A stretch of 64,000 nt of DNA from the human T2T-CHM13v2.0 reference genome, Homo sapiens: the NCBI RefSeq assembly GCF_009914755.1, contig NC_060948.1, one strand, 5' to 3'. The notes beneath the pieces are model-generated. The model had not been told where the DNA came from, did no database searches, and saw nothing but the letters and a program-made list of their open reading frames with translations. Each line of letters begins with the position of its first letter. Position 1 is the stretch's first letter. The position numbers and the translations under genes are program-made. Positions 41,685-61,006 of this stretch are shown here, piece by piece.

Positions 41685-43812
41685 AGATCCATATTTTTTA
41701 AATGAAAAAAAATTTCAAAGGTACTCTGCTTGGTACAATAATCAAATGTATAAACTGAGGAATAAAACATAACCATGAAACCTACTTATAACTGCATATG
41801 GAAAATACAGAGGATAATTTTTTAAATAACATATTTGGAAAGCCTTAACTAGTAATTTGAAGAGTTGGCATTTGTAAGGCCAGTATGAATATACCTTCAA
41901 AGCAGCAACACAGGTTCCCCATGAGAAAAAGCAAACTCAGGGAAAATAAAACCACAAAGGTTCAATCTCTTCTGACCTTTGAAAGACACAGCACAGACAG
42001 TGGTCCTTAGGACGAAGAGCAGGAGACCCCTAATTCCGTCACCATGGCGATAGGGCATAAACATTGCTGGGTGAGGGCACAATCCACATTGTGAGGTCCA
42101 ACTGCTGCCAGGAAGACAGGAGTGCTTTTACATAGACCGAAAGGTCATTGAAGGCTCAGAGTTTTGTTTCAAGAACTGAATCCCAAGCCCACACGTTATT
42201 AGGCTGCGCTTCTTAAAACAAGTTAAGAGATGGGAAAAAGGGCACCCACAAACATACGTATACATTATGTATATAATAATATACAGTATCATATATAAAA
42301 TATGTATAACCAATGTATAATATTGTTTTACATCCTGCATCTTATATTATATATATTGTATAAAATATAATAATTGATAATATATAAGTTTTATATTTAT
42401 ACAATATGACATATAGTATATATTATACTTTATGACATATATAATATATGTTATATATCATATATAGAATATATTATACGGTTAATATACGTATTAAATA
42501 TAAATTATACATTATATATATTATATAAAATATATCTGTTATATATAATACCCATTATGCATAATATATATATTATGTCTATGTTATATATAGTATAAAA
42601 CAACATATAATAATATATAATTGTATATATAAAATGCGACATATAATATATATTATATTTTATGACATATGTAATATATATTATATATTATATATAATAC
42701 GTTGTATGTATAATACCTATGTTAAATATATATTATATGACTATGTTATTAATTACATGTCACATATGTTATATATTATATATTTTACATAGAATATACC
42801 GGTTACATACAATATATACTATGTTACCTATAATGTATAATTGATTACATGTAAAATAAAGAATGCAATATATTATGTATAATTTATAATATACAATATG
42901 TGGAATGTGATATATATAACATATAATATATGATATATGATATACAGTATATGATATATAACATACAATATATGATACCTAATATATATGGTATACAATA
43001 TATATTTTATGATATGTATTCTATATGTTTTATATTCTGTTATATATAACTATTTGAAATTATATATAACTGTATAATATTTTATGTAAATATGTAATAT
43101 AATATATATAACTATATAATATATTATATATAACTATATATTATGTTATATATACTTTTATAACATAATTTACATAAAATGTCATAATATAATATATATT
43201 ATATTATTTCACATTACATAATATATATTACATATCACCCAATATAAGTAACATACATAATATTATAATATAGATTATATTATGTTATATTAAATATCAC
43301 ATATATCATGTATCATATATTCTATAATATATATTACACATTATATAATATGTATGTTGTCTATTTTGTGATATATAAAACTATATATATAATTATATTA
43401 TTATACATATAACTAGATAAACATGTAATTCTACATATTTTCGTTTGTAATATATAGAATTATATAATCATATATAATTATTTATATTCTATAAAAAATT
43501 ATATCATTATATAAATTATAATATAAAAAAATTATAATATGTACTACAAATATACATATTATATATCATATATGATATAGTACCTTTGTTATATATCATA
43601 ATACATATAAATGTGTATTATGTTATCTATAATTATATATTTTCATATATAAGATGTATAATATGTATTATATATTGTCTATGTTATGTAATATATATAG
43701 TATATGTAAGCTGACACAGGATAAATATTATATACTATGAGATATAAAATATATGAGGTTATATGTTACATATAAGGCATAGCACATAACATGTAATATA
43801 TATCATATATAA

Positions 43813-44104
<292 letters not shown>

Positions 44105-46211
44105 AGATCCATATTTTTTAAATGAAAAAAAATTTCAAAGGTACTCTGCTTGGTACAATAATCAAATGTATAAACTGAGGAATAAAACATAACCATGAAA
44201 CCTACTTATAACTGCATATGGAAAATACAGAGGATAATTTTTTAAATAACATATTTTGAAAGCCTTAACTAGTAATTTGCAGAGTTGGCATTTGAAAGGC
44301 CAGTATGAATATACCTTCAAAGCAGCAACACAGGTTCCCCATGAGAAAAAGCAAACTCAGGGAAAATAAAACCACAAAGGTTCAATCTCTTCTGACCTTT
44401 GAAAGACACAGCACAGACAGTGGTCCTTAGGACGAAGAGCAGGAGACCCCTAATTCCGTCACCATGGCGATAGGGCATAAACATTGCTGGGTGAGGGCAC
44501 AATCCACATTGAGAGGTCCAACTGCTGCCAGGAAGACAGGAGTGCTTTTACATAGACCGAAAGGTCATTGAAGGCTCAGAGTTTTGTTTCAAGAACTGAA
44601 TCCCAAGCCCACACGTTATTAGGCTGCGCTTCTTAAAACAAGTTATGAGATGGGAAAAAGGGCACCCACAAACATACGTATACATTATGTATATAATAAT
44701 ATACAGTATCATATATATAATATATATAACCTATGTATAATATTGTTTTACATCATACATCTTATATTATATATATTGTATAAAATATAATAATTCATAA
44801 TATATAACGTTTATATTTATACAATATGACATATAGTATATATTATAATTTATGACATATATAATATATGTTATATATCATATATAGAATATATTATACG
44901 GTTAATATACGTATTAAATATAAATTATACATTATATATATTATATAAAATATATCTGTTATATATAATACCCTTTATGCATAATATATATATTATGTCT
45001 ATGTTATATATAGTATAAAACAACATATAATAATATATAATTGTATATATAAAATGCGACATATAATATATATTATATTTTATGACATATGTAATATATA
45101 TTATATATTATATATAATACGTTGTATGTATAATACCTATGTTAAATATATATTATATGACTATGTTATTAATTACATGTCACATATGTTATATATTACA
45201 TATTTTACATAGAATATACCGGTTACATACAATATACACTATGTTACCTATAATGTATAATTGATTACATGTAAAATAAAGAATGCAATATATTATGTAT
45301 AATTTATAATATACAATATGTGGAATGTGATATATATAACATATAATATATGATATATGATATACAGTATATGATATATAACATACAATATATGATACCT
45401 AATATATATGGTATACAATATATATTTTATGATATGTATTCTATATGTTTTATATTCTGTTATATATAACTATTTGAAATTATATATAACTGTATAATAT
45501 TTTATGTAAATATGTAATATAATATATATAACTATATAATATATTATATATAACTATATATTATGTTATATATACTTTTATAACATAATTTACATAAAAT
45601 GTCATAATATAATATATATTATATTATTTCACATTACATAATATATATTACATATCACCCAATATAAGTAACATACATAATATTATAATATAGATTATAT
45701 TATGTTATATTAAATATCACATATATCATGTATCATATATTCTATAATATATATTACACATTATATAATATGTATGTTGTCTATTTTGTGATATATAAAA
45801 GTATATATATAATTATATTATTATACATATAACTAGATAAACATGTAATTCTACATATTTTCGTTTGTAATATATAGAATTATATAATCATATATAATTA
45901 TTTATATTCTATAAAAAATTATATCATTATATAAATTATAATATAAAAAAATTATAATATGTACTACAAATATATATATTATATATCATATATGATATAG
46001 TACCTTTGTTATATATCATAATACATATAAATGTGTATTATGTTATCTATAATTATATAATTTCATATATAAGATGTATAATATGTATTATATATTGTAT
46101 ATGTTATGTGATATATATATAGTATATATAAGCTGACACAGGTTAAATATTATATACTATGACATATAAAATATATGAGGTTATATGTTACATATAAGGC
46201 ATAGCACATAA

Positions 46212-46526
<315 letters not shown>

Positions 46527-48630
46527 AGATCCATATTTTTTAAATGAAAAAAAATTTCAAAGGTACTCTGCTTGGTACAATAATCAAATGTATAAACTGA
46601 GGAATAAAACATAACCATGAAACCTACTTATAACTGCATATGGAAAATACAGAGGATAATTTTTTAAATAACATATTTTGAAAGCCTTAACTAGTAATTT
46701 GAAGAGTTGGCATTTGAAAGGCCAGTATGAATATACCTTCAAAGCAGCAACACAGGTTCCCCATGAGAAAAAGCAAACACAGGGAAAATAAAAACACAAA
46801 GGTTCAATCTCTTCTGACCTTTGAAAGACACAGCACAGACAGTGGTCCTTAGGACGAAGAGCAGGAGACCCCTAATTCCGTCACCATGGCGATAGGGCAT
46901 AAACATTGCTGGGTGAGGGCACAATCCACATTGTGAGGTCCAACTGCTGCCAGGAAGACAGGAGTGCTTTTACATAGACCGAAAGGTCATTGAAGGCTCA
47001 GAGTTTTGTTTCAAGAACTGAATCCCAAGCCCACAAGTTATTAGGCTGCGCTTCTTAAAACAAGTTATGAGATGGGAAAAAGGGCACCCACAAACATACG
47101 TATACATTATGTATATAATAATATACAGTATCATATATATAATATATATAACCTATGTATAATATTGTTTACATCCTGCATCTTATGTTATATATATTGT
47201 ATAAAATATAATAATTGATAATATATAAGTTTTATAATTATACAATATGACATATAGTATATATTATAATTTATGACATATATAATATATGTTATATATC
47301 ATATATAGAATATATTATACGGTTAATATACGTATTAAATATAAATTATACATTATATATATTATATATAATATATCTGTTATATATAATACCCATTATG
47401 CATAATATATATATTATGTCTATGTTATATATAGTATAAAACAACATATAATAATATATAATTGTATATATAAAATGCGACATATACTATATATTATATT
47501 TTATAACATATGTAATATATATTATATATAATACGTTGTATGTATAATACCTATATTAAATATATATTATATGACTAAGTTATTAATTACATGTCACATG
47601 TGTTATATATTATATATTTTACATAGAATATACCGGTTACATACAATATATACTATGTTACCTATAATGTATAATTTATTACATGTAAAATAAAGAATGC
47701 AATATATTATGTATAATTTATAATATACAATATGTGGAATGTGATATATGTAACATATAATATATGATATATGATATACAGTATATGATATATAACATAC
47801 AATATATGATTCCTAATATATATGGTATACAATATATATTTTATGATATGTATTCTATATGTTTTATATTCTGTTATATATAACTATTTGAAATTATATA
47901 TAACTGTATAATATTTTATGTAAATATGTAATATAATATATATAACTATATAATATATAATATATAACTATATATTATGTTATATATACTTTTATAACAT
48001 AATTTACATAAAATATCATAATATAATATATATTATATTATTTCATATTACATAATATATATTACATATCACCCAATATAACTAACATACATAATATTAT
48101 AATATAGATTATATTATGTTATATTAAATATCATATATATCATGTATCATATATTCTATAATATATATTATACATTATATAATATGTATGTTGTCTATTA
48201 TGTGATATATATAACTATATATATAATTATATTTTTATACATATAACTGGATAAACATGTAATTCTACATATTTTCATTTATAATATGTAGAATTATATA
48301 ATCATATATAATTTTTTATATTCTATAAAAAATTTTATCATTTTATAAATTATAATATATAAAAATTATAATATGTACTACAAATATATATATTATATAT
48401 CATATATGATATAGTACCTTTGTTATATATCATAATACATATAAATGTGTATTATGTTATCTATAATTATATAATTTCATATATAAGATGTATAATATGT
48501 ATCATATATTATATATGTTATGTAATATATATAGTAAATATAAGATGACACAGGATAAATATTATATACTATGACATATAAAATATATGAGGTTATATGT
48601 TACATATAAGGCATAGCACATAACATGTAA

Positions 48631-48939
<309 letters not shown>

Positions 48940-51043
48940 AGATCCATATTTTTTAAATGAAAAAAAATTTCAAAGGTACTCTGCTTGGTACAATAATCAA
49001 ATGTATAAACTGAGGAATAAAACATAACCATGAAACCTACTTATAACTGCATATGGAAAATACAGAGGATAATTTTTTAAATAACATATTTTGAAAGCCT
49101 TAACTAGTAATTTGAAGAGTTGGCATTTGAAAGGCCAGTATGAATATACCTTCAAAGCAGCAACACAGGTTCCCCATGAGAAAAAGCAAACACAGGGAAA
49201 ATAAAAACACAAAGGTTCAATCTCTTCTGACCTTTGAAAGACACAGCACAGACAGTGGTCCTTAGGACGAAGAGCAGGAGACCCCTAATTCCGTCACCAT
49301 GGCGATAGGGCATAAACATTGCTGGGTGAGGGCACAATCCACATTGTGAGGTCCAACTGCTGCCAGGAAGACAGGAGTGCTTTTACATAGACCGAAAGGT
49401 CATTGAAGGCTCAGAGTTTTGTTTCAAGAACTGAATCCCAAGCCCACACGTTATTAGGCTGCGCTTCTTAAAACAAGTTATGAGATGGGAAAAAGGGCAC
49501 CCACAAACATACGTATACATTATGTATATAATAATATACAGTATCATATATATAATATATATAACCTATGTATAATATTGTTTACATCCTGCATCTTATG
49601 TTATATATATTGTATAAAATATAATAATTGATAATATATAAGTTTTATAATTATACAATATGACATATAGTATATATTATAATTTATGACATATATAATA
49701 TATGTTATATATCATATATAGAATATATTATACGGTTAATATACGTATTAAATATAAATTATACATTATATATATTATATATAATATATCTGTTATATAT
49801 AATACCCATTATGCATAATATATATATTATGTCTATGTTATATATAGTATAAAACAACATATAATAATATATAATTGTATATATAAAATGCGACATATAC
49901 TATATATTATATTTTATAACATATGTAATATATATTATATATAATACGTTGTATGTATAATACCTATATTAAATATATATTATATGACTAAGTTATTAAT
50001 TACATGTCACATGTGTTATATATTATATATTTTACATAGAATATACCGGTTACATACAATATATACTATGTTACCTATAATGTATAATTTATTACATGTA
50101 AAATAAAGAATGCAATATATTATGTATAATTTATAATATACAATATGTGGAATGTGATATATGTAACATATAATATATGATATATGATATACAGTATATG
50201 ATATATAACATACAATATATGATTCCTAATATATATGGTATACAATATATATTTTATGATATGTATTCTATATGTTTTATATTCTGTTATATATAACTAT
50301 TTGAAATTATATATAACTGTATAATATTTTATGTAAATATGTAATATAATATATATAACTATATAATATATAATATATAACTATATATTATGTTATATAT
50401 ACTTTTATAACATAATTTACATAAAATATCATAATATAATATATATTATATTATTTCATATTACATAATATATATTACATATCACCCAATATAACTAACA
50501 TACATAATATTATAATATAGATTATATTATGTTATATTAAATATCATATATATCATGTATCATATATTCTATAATATATATTATACATTATATAATATGT
50601 ATGTTGTCTATTATGTGATATATATAACTATATATATAATTATATTTTTATACATATAACTGGATAAACATGTAATTCTACATATTTTCATTTATAATAT
50701 GTAGAATTATATAATCATATATAATTTTTTATATTCTATAAAAAATTTTATCATTTTATAAATTATAATATATAAAAATTATAATATGTACTACAAATAT
50801 ATATATTATATATCATATATGATATAGTACCTTTGTTATATATCATAATACATATAAATGTGTATTATGTTATCTATAATTATATAATTTCATATATAAG
50901 ATGTATAATATGTATCATATATTATATATGTTATGTAATATATATAGTAAATATAAGATGACACAGGATAAATATTATATACTATGACATATAAAATATA
51001 TGAGGTTATATGTTACATATAAGGCATAGCACATAACATGTAA

Positions 51044-51352
<309 letters not shown>

Positions 51353-53450
51353 AGATCCATATTTTTTAAATGAAAAAAAATTTCAAAGGTACTCTGCTTG
51401 GTACAATAATCAAATGTATAAACTGAGGAATAAAACATAACCATGAAACCTACTTATAACTGCATATGGAAAATACAGAGGATAATTTTTTAAATAACAT
51501 ATTTTGAAAGCCTTAACTAGTAATTTGAAGAGTTGGCATTTGAAAGGCCAGTATGAATATACCTTCAAAGCAGCAACACAGGTTCCCCATGAGAAAAAGC
51601 AAACACAGGGAAAATAAAAACACAAAGGTTCAATCTCTTCTGACCTTTGAAAGACACAGCACAGACAGTGGTCCTTAGGACGAAGAGCAGGAGACCCCTA
51701 ATTCCGTCACCATGGCGATAGGGCATAAACATTGCTGGGTGAGGGCACAATCCACATTGTGAGGTCCAACTGCTGCCAGGAAGACAGGAGTGCTTTTACA
51801 TAGACCGAAAGGTCATTGAAGGCTCAGAGTTTTGTTTCAAGAACTGAATCCCAAGCCCACACGTTATTAGGCTGCGCTTCTTAAAACAAGTTATGAGATG
51901 GGAAAAAGGGCACCCACAAACATACGTATACATTATGTATATAATAATATACAGTATCATATATATAATATATATAACCTATGTATAATATTGTTTTACA
52001 TCCTGCATCTTATGTTATATATATTGTATAAAATATAATAATTGATAATATATAAGTTTTATAATTATACAATATGACATATAGTATATATTATAATTTA
52101 TGACATATATAATATATGTTATATATCATATATAGAATATATTATACGGTTAATATACGTATTAAATATAAATTATACATTATATATATTATATATAATA
52201 TATCTGTTATATATAATACCCATTATGCATAATATATATATTATGTCTATGTTATATATAGTATAAAACAACATATAATAATATATAATTGTATATATAA
52301 AATGCGACATATAATATATATTATATTTTATAACATATGTAATATATATTATATATAATACGTTGTATGTATAATACCTATATTAAATATATATTATATG
52401 ACTATGTTATTAATTACATGTCACATGTGTTATATATTATATATTTTACATAGAATATACCGGTTACATACAATATATACTATGTTACCTATAATGTATA
52501 ATTTATTACATGTAAAATAAAGAATGCAATATATTATGTATAATTTATAATATACAATATGTGGAATGTGATATATGTAACATATAATATATGATATATG
52601 ATATACAGTACATGATATATAACATACAATATATGATTCCTAATATATATGGTATACAATATATATTTTATGATATGTATTCTATATGTTTTATATTCTG
52701 TTATATATAACTATTTGAAATTATATATAACTGTATAATATTTTATGTAAATATGTAATATAATATATATAACTATATAATATATTATATATAACTATAT
52801 ATTATGTTATATATACTTTTATAACATAATTTACATAAAATATCATAATATAATATATATTATATTATTTCATATTACATAATATATATTACATATCACC
52901 CAATATAACTAACATACATAATATTATAATATAGATTATATTATGTTATATTAAATATCATATATATCATGTATCATATATTCTATAATATATATTACAC
53001 ATTATATAATATGTATGTTGTCTATTATGTGATATATATAACTATATATATAATTATATTTTTATACATATAACCGGATAAACATGTAATTCTACATATT
53101 TTCATTTATAATACGTAGAATTATATAAGCATATATAATTTTTTATATTCTACAAAAAATTTTATCATTTTATAAATTATAATATATAAAAATTATAATA
53201 TGTACTACAAATATATATATTATATATCATATATGATATAGTACCTTTGTTATATATCATAATACATATAAATGTGTATTATGTTATCTATAATTATATA
53301 ATTTCATATATAAGATGTATAATATGTATCATATATTATATATGTTATGTAATATATATAGTATATATAAGATGACACAGGATAAATATTATATACTATG
53401 ACATATAAAATATATGAGGTTATATGTTACATATAAGGCATAGCACATAA

Positions 53451-53765
<315 letters not shown>

Positions 53766-55863
53766 AGATCCATATTTTTTAAATGAAAAAAAATTTCAAA
53801 GGTACTCTGCTTGGTACAATAATCAAATGTATAAACTGAGGAATAAAACATAACCATGAAACCTACTTATAACTGCATATGGAAAATACAGAGGATAATT
53901 TTTTAAATAACATATTTTGAAAGCCTTAACTAGTAATTTGAAGAGTTGGCATTTGAAAGGCCAGTATGAATATACCTTCAAAGCAGCAACACAGGTTCCC
54001 CATGAGAAAAAGCAAACACAGGGAAAATAAAAACACAAAGGTTCAATCTCTTCTGACCTTTGAAAGACACAGCACAGACTGTGGTCCTTAGGACGAAGAG
54101 CAGGAGACCCCTAATTCCGTCACCATGGCGATAGGGCATAAACATTGCTGGGTGAGGGCACAATCCACATTGTGAGGTCCAACTGCTGCCAGGAAGACAG
54201 GAGTGCTTTTACATAGACCGAAAGGTCATTGAAGGCTCAGAGTTTTGTTTCAAGAACTGAATCCCAAGCCCACACGTTATTAGGCTGCGCTTCTTAAAAC
54301 AAGTTATGAGATGGGAAAAAGGGCACCCACAAACATACGTATACATTATGTATATAACAATATACAGTATCATATATATAATATATATAACCTATGTATA
54401 ATATTGTTTTACATCCTGCATCTTATGTTATATATATTGTATAAAATATAATAATTGATAATATATAAGTTTTATAATTATACAATATGACATATAGTAT
54501 ATATTATAATTTATGACATATATAATATATGTTATATATCATATATAGAATATATTATACGGTTAATATACGTATTAAATATAAATTATACATTATATAT
54601 ATTATATATAATATATCTGTTATATATAATACCCATTATGCATAATATATATATTATGTCTATGTTATATATAGTATAAAACAACATATAATAATATATA
54701 ATTGTATATATAAAATGCGACATATAATATATATTATATTTTATAACATATGTAATATATATTATATATAATACGTTGTATGTATAATACCTATATTAAA
54801 TATATATTATATGACTATGTTATTAATTACATGTCACATGTGTTATATATTATATATTTTACGTAGAATATACCGGTTACATACAATATATACTATGTTA
54901 CCTATAATGTATAATTTATTACATGTAAAATAAAGAATGCAATATATTATGTATAATTTATAATATACAATATGTGGAATGTGATATATGTAACATATAA
55001 TATATGATATATGATATACAGTATATGATATATAACATACAATATATGATTCCTAATATATATGGTATACAATATATATTTTATAATATGTATTCTATAT
55101 GTTTTATATTCTGTTATTTATAACTATTTGAAATTATATATAACTGTATAATATTTTATGTAAATATGTAATATAAAATATATAACTATATAATATATTA
55201 TATATAACTATATATTATGTTATATATACTTTTATAACATAATTTACATAAAATATCATAATATAATATATATTATATTATTTCATATTACATAATATAT
55301 ATTACATATCACCCAATATAACTAACATACATAATATTATACTATAGATTATATTATGTTATATTAAATATCATATATATCATGTATCATATATTCTATA
55401 ATATATATTACACATTATATAATATGTATGTTGTCTATTATGTGATATATATAACTATATATATAATTATATTTTTATATATATAACTAGATAAACATGT
55501 AATTTTACATATTTTCATTTATAATATGTAGAATTATATAATCATATATAATTATTTATATTCTATAAAAAATTTTATCATTATATAAATTATAATATAT
55601 AAAAATTATAATATGTACTACAAATATATATATTATATATCATATATGATATAGTACCTTTGTTATATATCATAATACATATAAATGTGTATTATGTTAT
55701 CTATAATTATATAATTTCATATATATGATGTATAATATGTATCATATATTATATATGTTATGTAATATATATAGTATATATAAGATGACACAGGATAAAT
55801 ATTAAATACTATGACATATAAAATATATGAGGTTATATGTTACATATAAGGCATAGCACATAA

Positions 55864-56178
<315 letters not shown>

Positions 56179-58276
56179 AGATCCATATTTTTTAAATGAA
56201 AAAAAATTTCAAAGGTACTCTGCTTGGTACAATAATCAAATGTATAAACTGAGGAATAAAACATAACCATGAAACCTACTTATAACTGCATATGGAAAAT
56301 ACAGAGGATAATTTTTTAAATAACATATTTTGAAAGCCTTAACTAGTAATTTGAAGAGTTGGCATTTGAAAGGCCAGTATGAATATACCTTCAAAGCAGC
56401 AACACAGGTTCCCCATGAGAAAAAGCAAACACAGGGAAAATAAAAACACAAAGGTTCAATCTCTTCTGACCTTTGAAAGACACAGCACAGACAGTGGTCC
56501 TTAGGACGAAGAGCAGGAGACCCCTAATTCCGTCACCATGGCGATAGGGCATAAACATTGCTGGGTGAGGGCACAATCCACATTGTGAGGTCCAACTGCT
56601 GCCAGGAAGACAGGAGTGCTTTTACATAGACCGAAAGGTCATTGAAGGCTCAGAGTTTTGTTTCAAGAACTGAATCCCAAGCCCACACGTTATTAGGCTG
56701 CGCTTCTTAAAACAAGTTATGAGATGGGAAAAAGGGCACCCACAAACATACGTATACATTATGTATATAATAATATACAGTATCATATATATAATATATA
56801 TAACCTATGTATAATATTGTTTTACATCCTGCATCCTCTGTTATATATATTGTATAAAATATAATAATTGATAATATATAAGTTTTATAATTATACAATA
56901 TGACATATAGTATATATTACAATTTATGACATATATAATATATGTTATATATCATATATAGAATATATTATACGGTTAATATACGTATTAAATATAAATT
57001 ATACATTATATATATTATATATAATATATCTGTTATATATAATATCCATTATGCATAATATATATATTATGTCTATGTTATATATAGTATAAAACAACAT
57101 ATAATAATATATAATTGTATATATAAAATGCGACATATAATATATATTATATTTTATAACATATGTAATATATATTATATATAATACGTTGTATGTATAA
57201 TACCTATATTAAATATATATTATATGACTATGTTATTAATTACTTGTCACATGTGTTATATATTATATATTTTACATAGAATATACCGGTTACATACAAT
57301 ATATACTATGTTACCTATAATGTATAATTTATTACATGTAAAATAAAGAATGCAATATATTATGTATAATTTATAATATACAATATGTGGAATGTGATAT
57401 ATGTAACATATAATATATGATATATGATATACAGTATATGATGTATAACATACAATATATGATTCCTAATATATATGGTATACAATATATATTTTATGAT
57501 ATGTATTCTATATATTTTATATTCTGTTATATATAACTATTTGAAATTATATATAACTGTATAATATTTTATGTAAATATGTAATATAATATATAACTAT
57601 ATAATATATTATATATAACTATATATTATGTTATATATACTTTTATAACATAATTTACATAAAATATCATAATATAATATATATTATAATATTTCATATT
57701 ACATAATATATATTACATATCACCCAATATAACTAACATACATAATATTATAATATAGATTATATTATGTTGTATTAAATATCATATATATCATGTATCA
57801 TATATTCTATAATATATATTACACATTATATAATATGTATGTTGTCTATTATGTGATATATATAACTATATATATAATTATATTTTTATACATATAACTG
57901 GATAAACATGTAATTCTACATATTTTCATTTATAATATGTAGAATTATATAATCATATATAATTATTTATATTCTATAAAAAATTTTATCATTATATAAA
58001 TTATAATATATAAAAATTATAATATGTACTACAAATATATATATATTATATATCATATATGATATAGTACCTTTGTTATATATCATAATACATATAAATA
58101 TGTATTATGTTATCTATAATTATATAATTTCATATATAAGATGTATAATATGTATCATATATTATATATGTTATGTAATATATATAGTATATATAAGATG
58201 ACACAGGATAAATATTACATACTATGACATATAAAATATATGAGGTTATATGTTACATATAAGGCATAGCACATAA

Positions 58277-58591
<315 letters not shown>

Positions 58592-60714
58592 AGATCCATA
58601 TTTTTTAAATGAAAAAAAATTTCAAAGGTACTCTGCTTGGTACAATAATCAAATGTATAAACTGAGGAATAAAACATAACCATGAAACCTACTTATAACT
58701 GCATATGGAAAATACAGAGGATAATTTTTTAAATAACATATTTTGAAAGCCTTAACTAGTAATTTGAAGAGTTGGCATTTGAAAGGCCAGTATGAATATA
58801 CCTTCAAAGCAGCAACACAGGTTCCCCATGAGAAAAAGCAAACACAGGGAAAATAAAAACACAAAGGTTCAATCTCTTCTGACCTTTGAAAGACACAGCA
58901 CAGACAGTGGTCCTTAGGACGAAGAGCAGGAGACCCCTAATTCCGTCACCATGGCGATAGGGCATAAACATTGCTGGGTGAGGGCACAATCCAAATTGTG
59001 AGGTCCAACTGCTGCCAGGAAGACAGGAGTGCTTTTACATAGACCGAAAGGTCATTGAAGGCTCAGAGTTTTGTTTCAAGAACTGAATCCCAAGCCCACA
59101 CGTTATTAGGCTGCGCTTCTTAAAACAAGTTATGAGATGGGAAAAAGGGCACCCACAAACATACGTATACATTATGTATATAATAATATACAGTATCATA
59201 TATATAATATATATAACCTATGTATAATATTGTTTTACATCCTGCTTCCTATGTTATATATATTGTATAAAATATAATAATTGATAATATATAAGTTTTA
59301 TAATTATACAATATGACATATAGTATATATTATAATTTATGACATATATAATATATGTTATATATCATATATAGAATATATTATACGGTTAATATACGTA
59401 TTAAATATAAATTATACATTATATATATTATATATAATATATCTGTTATATATAATACCCATTATGCATAATATATATATTATGTCTATGTTATATATAG
59501 TATAAAACAACATATAATAATATATAATTGTATATATAAAATGCGACATATAATATATATTATATTTTATAACATATGTAATATATATTATATATAATAC
59601 GTTGTATGTATAATACCTATATTAAATATATATTATATGACTATGTTATTAATTACATGTCACATGTGTTATATATTATATATTTTACATAGAATATACC
59701 GGTTACATACAATATATACTATGTTACCTATAATGTATAATTTATTACATGTAAAATAAAGAATGCAATATATTATGTATAATTTATAATATACAATATG
59801 TGGAATGTGATATATGTAACATATAATATATGATATATGATATACAGTATATGATATATAACATACAATATATGATTCCTAATATATATGGTATACAATA
59901 TATATTTTATGATATGTATTCTATATGTTTTATATTCTGTTATATATAACTATTTGAAATTATATATAACTGTATAATATTTTATGTAAATATGTAATAT
60001 AATATATATAACTATATAATATATTATATATAACTATATATTATGTTATATATACTTTTATAACATAATTTACATGAAATATCATAATATAATATATATT
60101 ATAATATTTCATATTACATAATATATATTTCATATCACCCAATATAACTAACATACATAATATTATAATATAGATTATATTATGTTATATTAAATATCAT
60201 ATATATCATGTATCATATATTCTATAATATATATTACACATTATATAATATGTATGTTGTCTATTATGTGATATATATAACTATATATATAATTATATTT
60301 TTATACATATAACTAGATAAACATGTAATTCTACATATTTTCATTTATAATATGTAGAATTATATAATCATATATAATTATTTATATTCTATAAAAAATT
60401 TTATCATTATATAAATTATAATATATAAAAATTATAATATGTACTACAAATATATATATATTATATATCATATATGATATAGTACCTTTGTTATATATCA
60501 TAATACATATAAATGTGTATTATGTTATCTATAATTATATAATTTCATATATAAGATGTATAATATGTATCATATATTATATATGTTATGTAATATATAT
60601 AGTATATATAAGATGACACAGGATAAATATTATATACTATGACATAAAAAATATATGAGGTTATATGTTACATATAAGGCATAGCACATGACATGTAATA
60701 TATATCATATATAA

Positions 60715-61006
60715 TTTTTTTTTAGACAGAATCTTGTCCTGTGGCACAGGGTGGGGTACAATGGCGCCATCTTTGCTCACTGCAACTTCTGCCTCACGGG
60801 TCCAAGCGATTGTCCTCCCTCAGCCTCCCAGGTAGCTGGGACTACACCACACTGGGACTACACCAACTGCCACCATGCCTAGCTAATTTTTTGGATTTTT
60901 AGTAGTGACAGCGTTTCACTGTATTGGCCAGGATGGTCTTGATCTCTTCACCTTGTGATCCCCTTGCCTTGGCCTCCAAATTTGCTGGGATTACAGGCCT
61001 GAGCCA
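60715..61006 (-). mobile_element. Alu (unit 26), A alleles
   Basis: Same Alu copy. Confidence 0.95.
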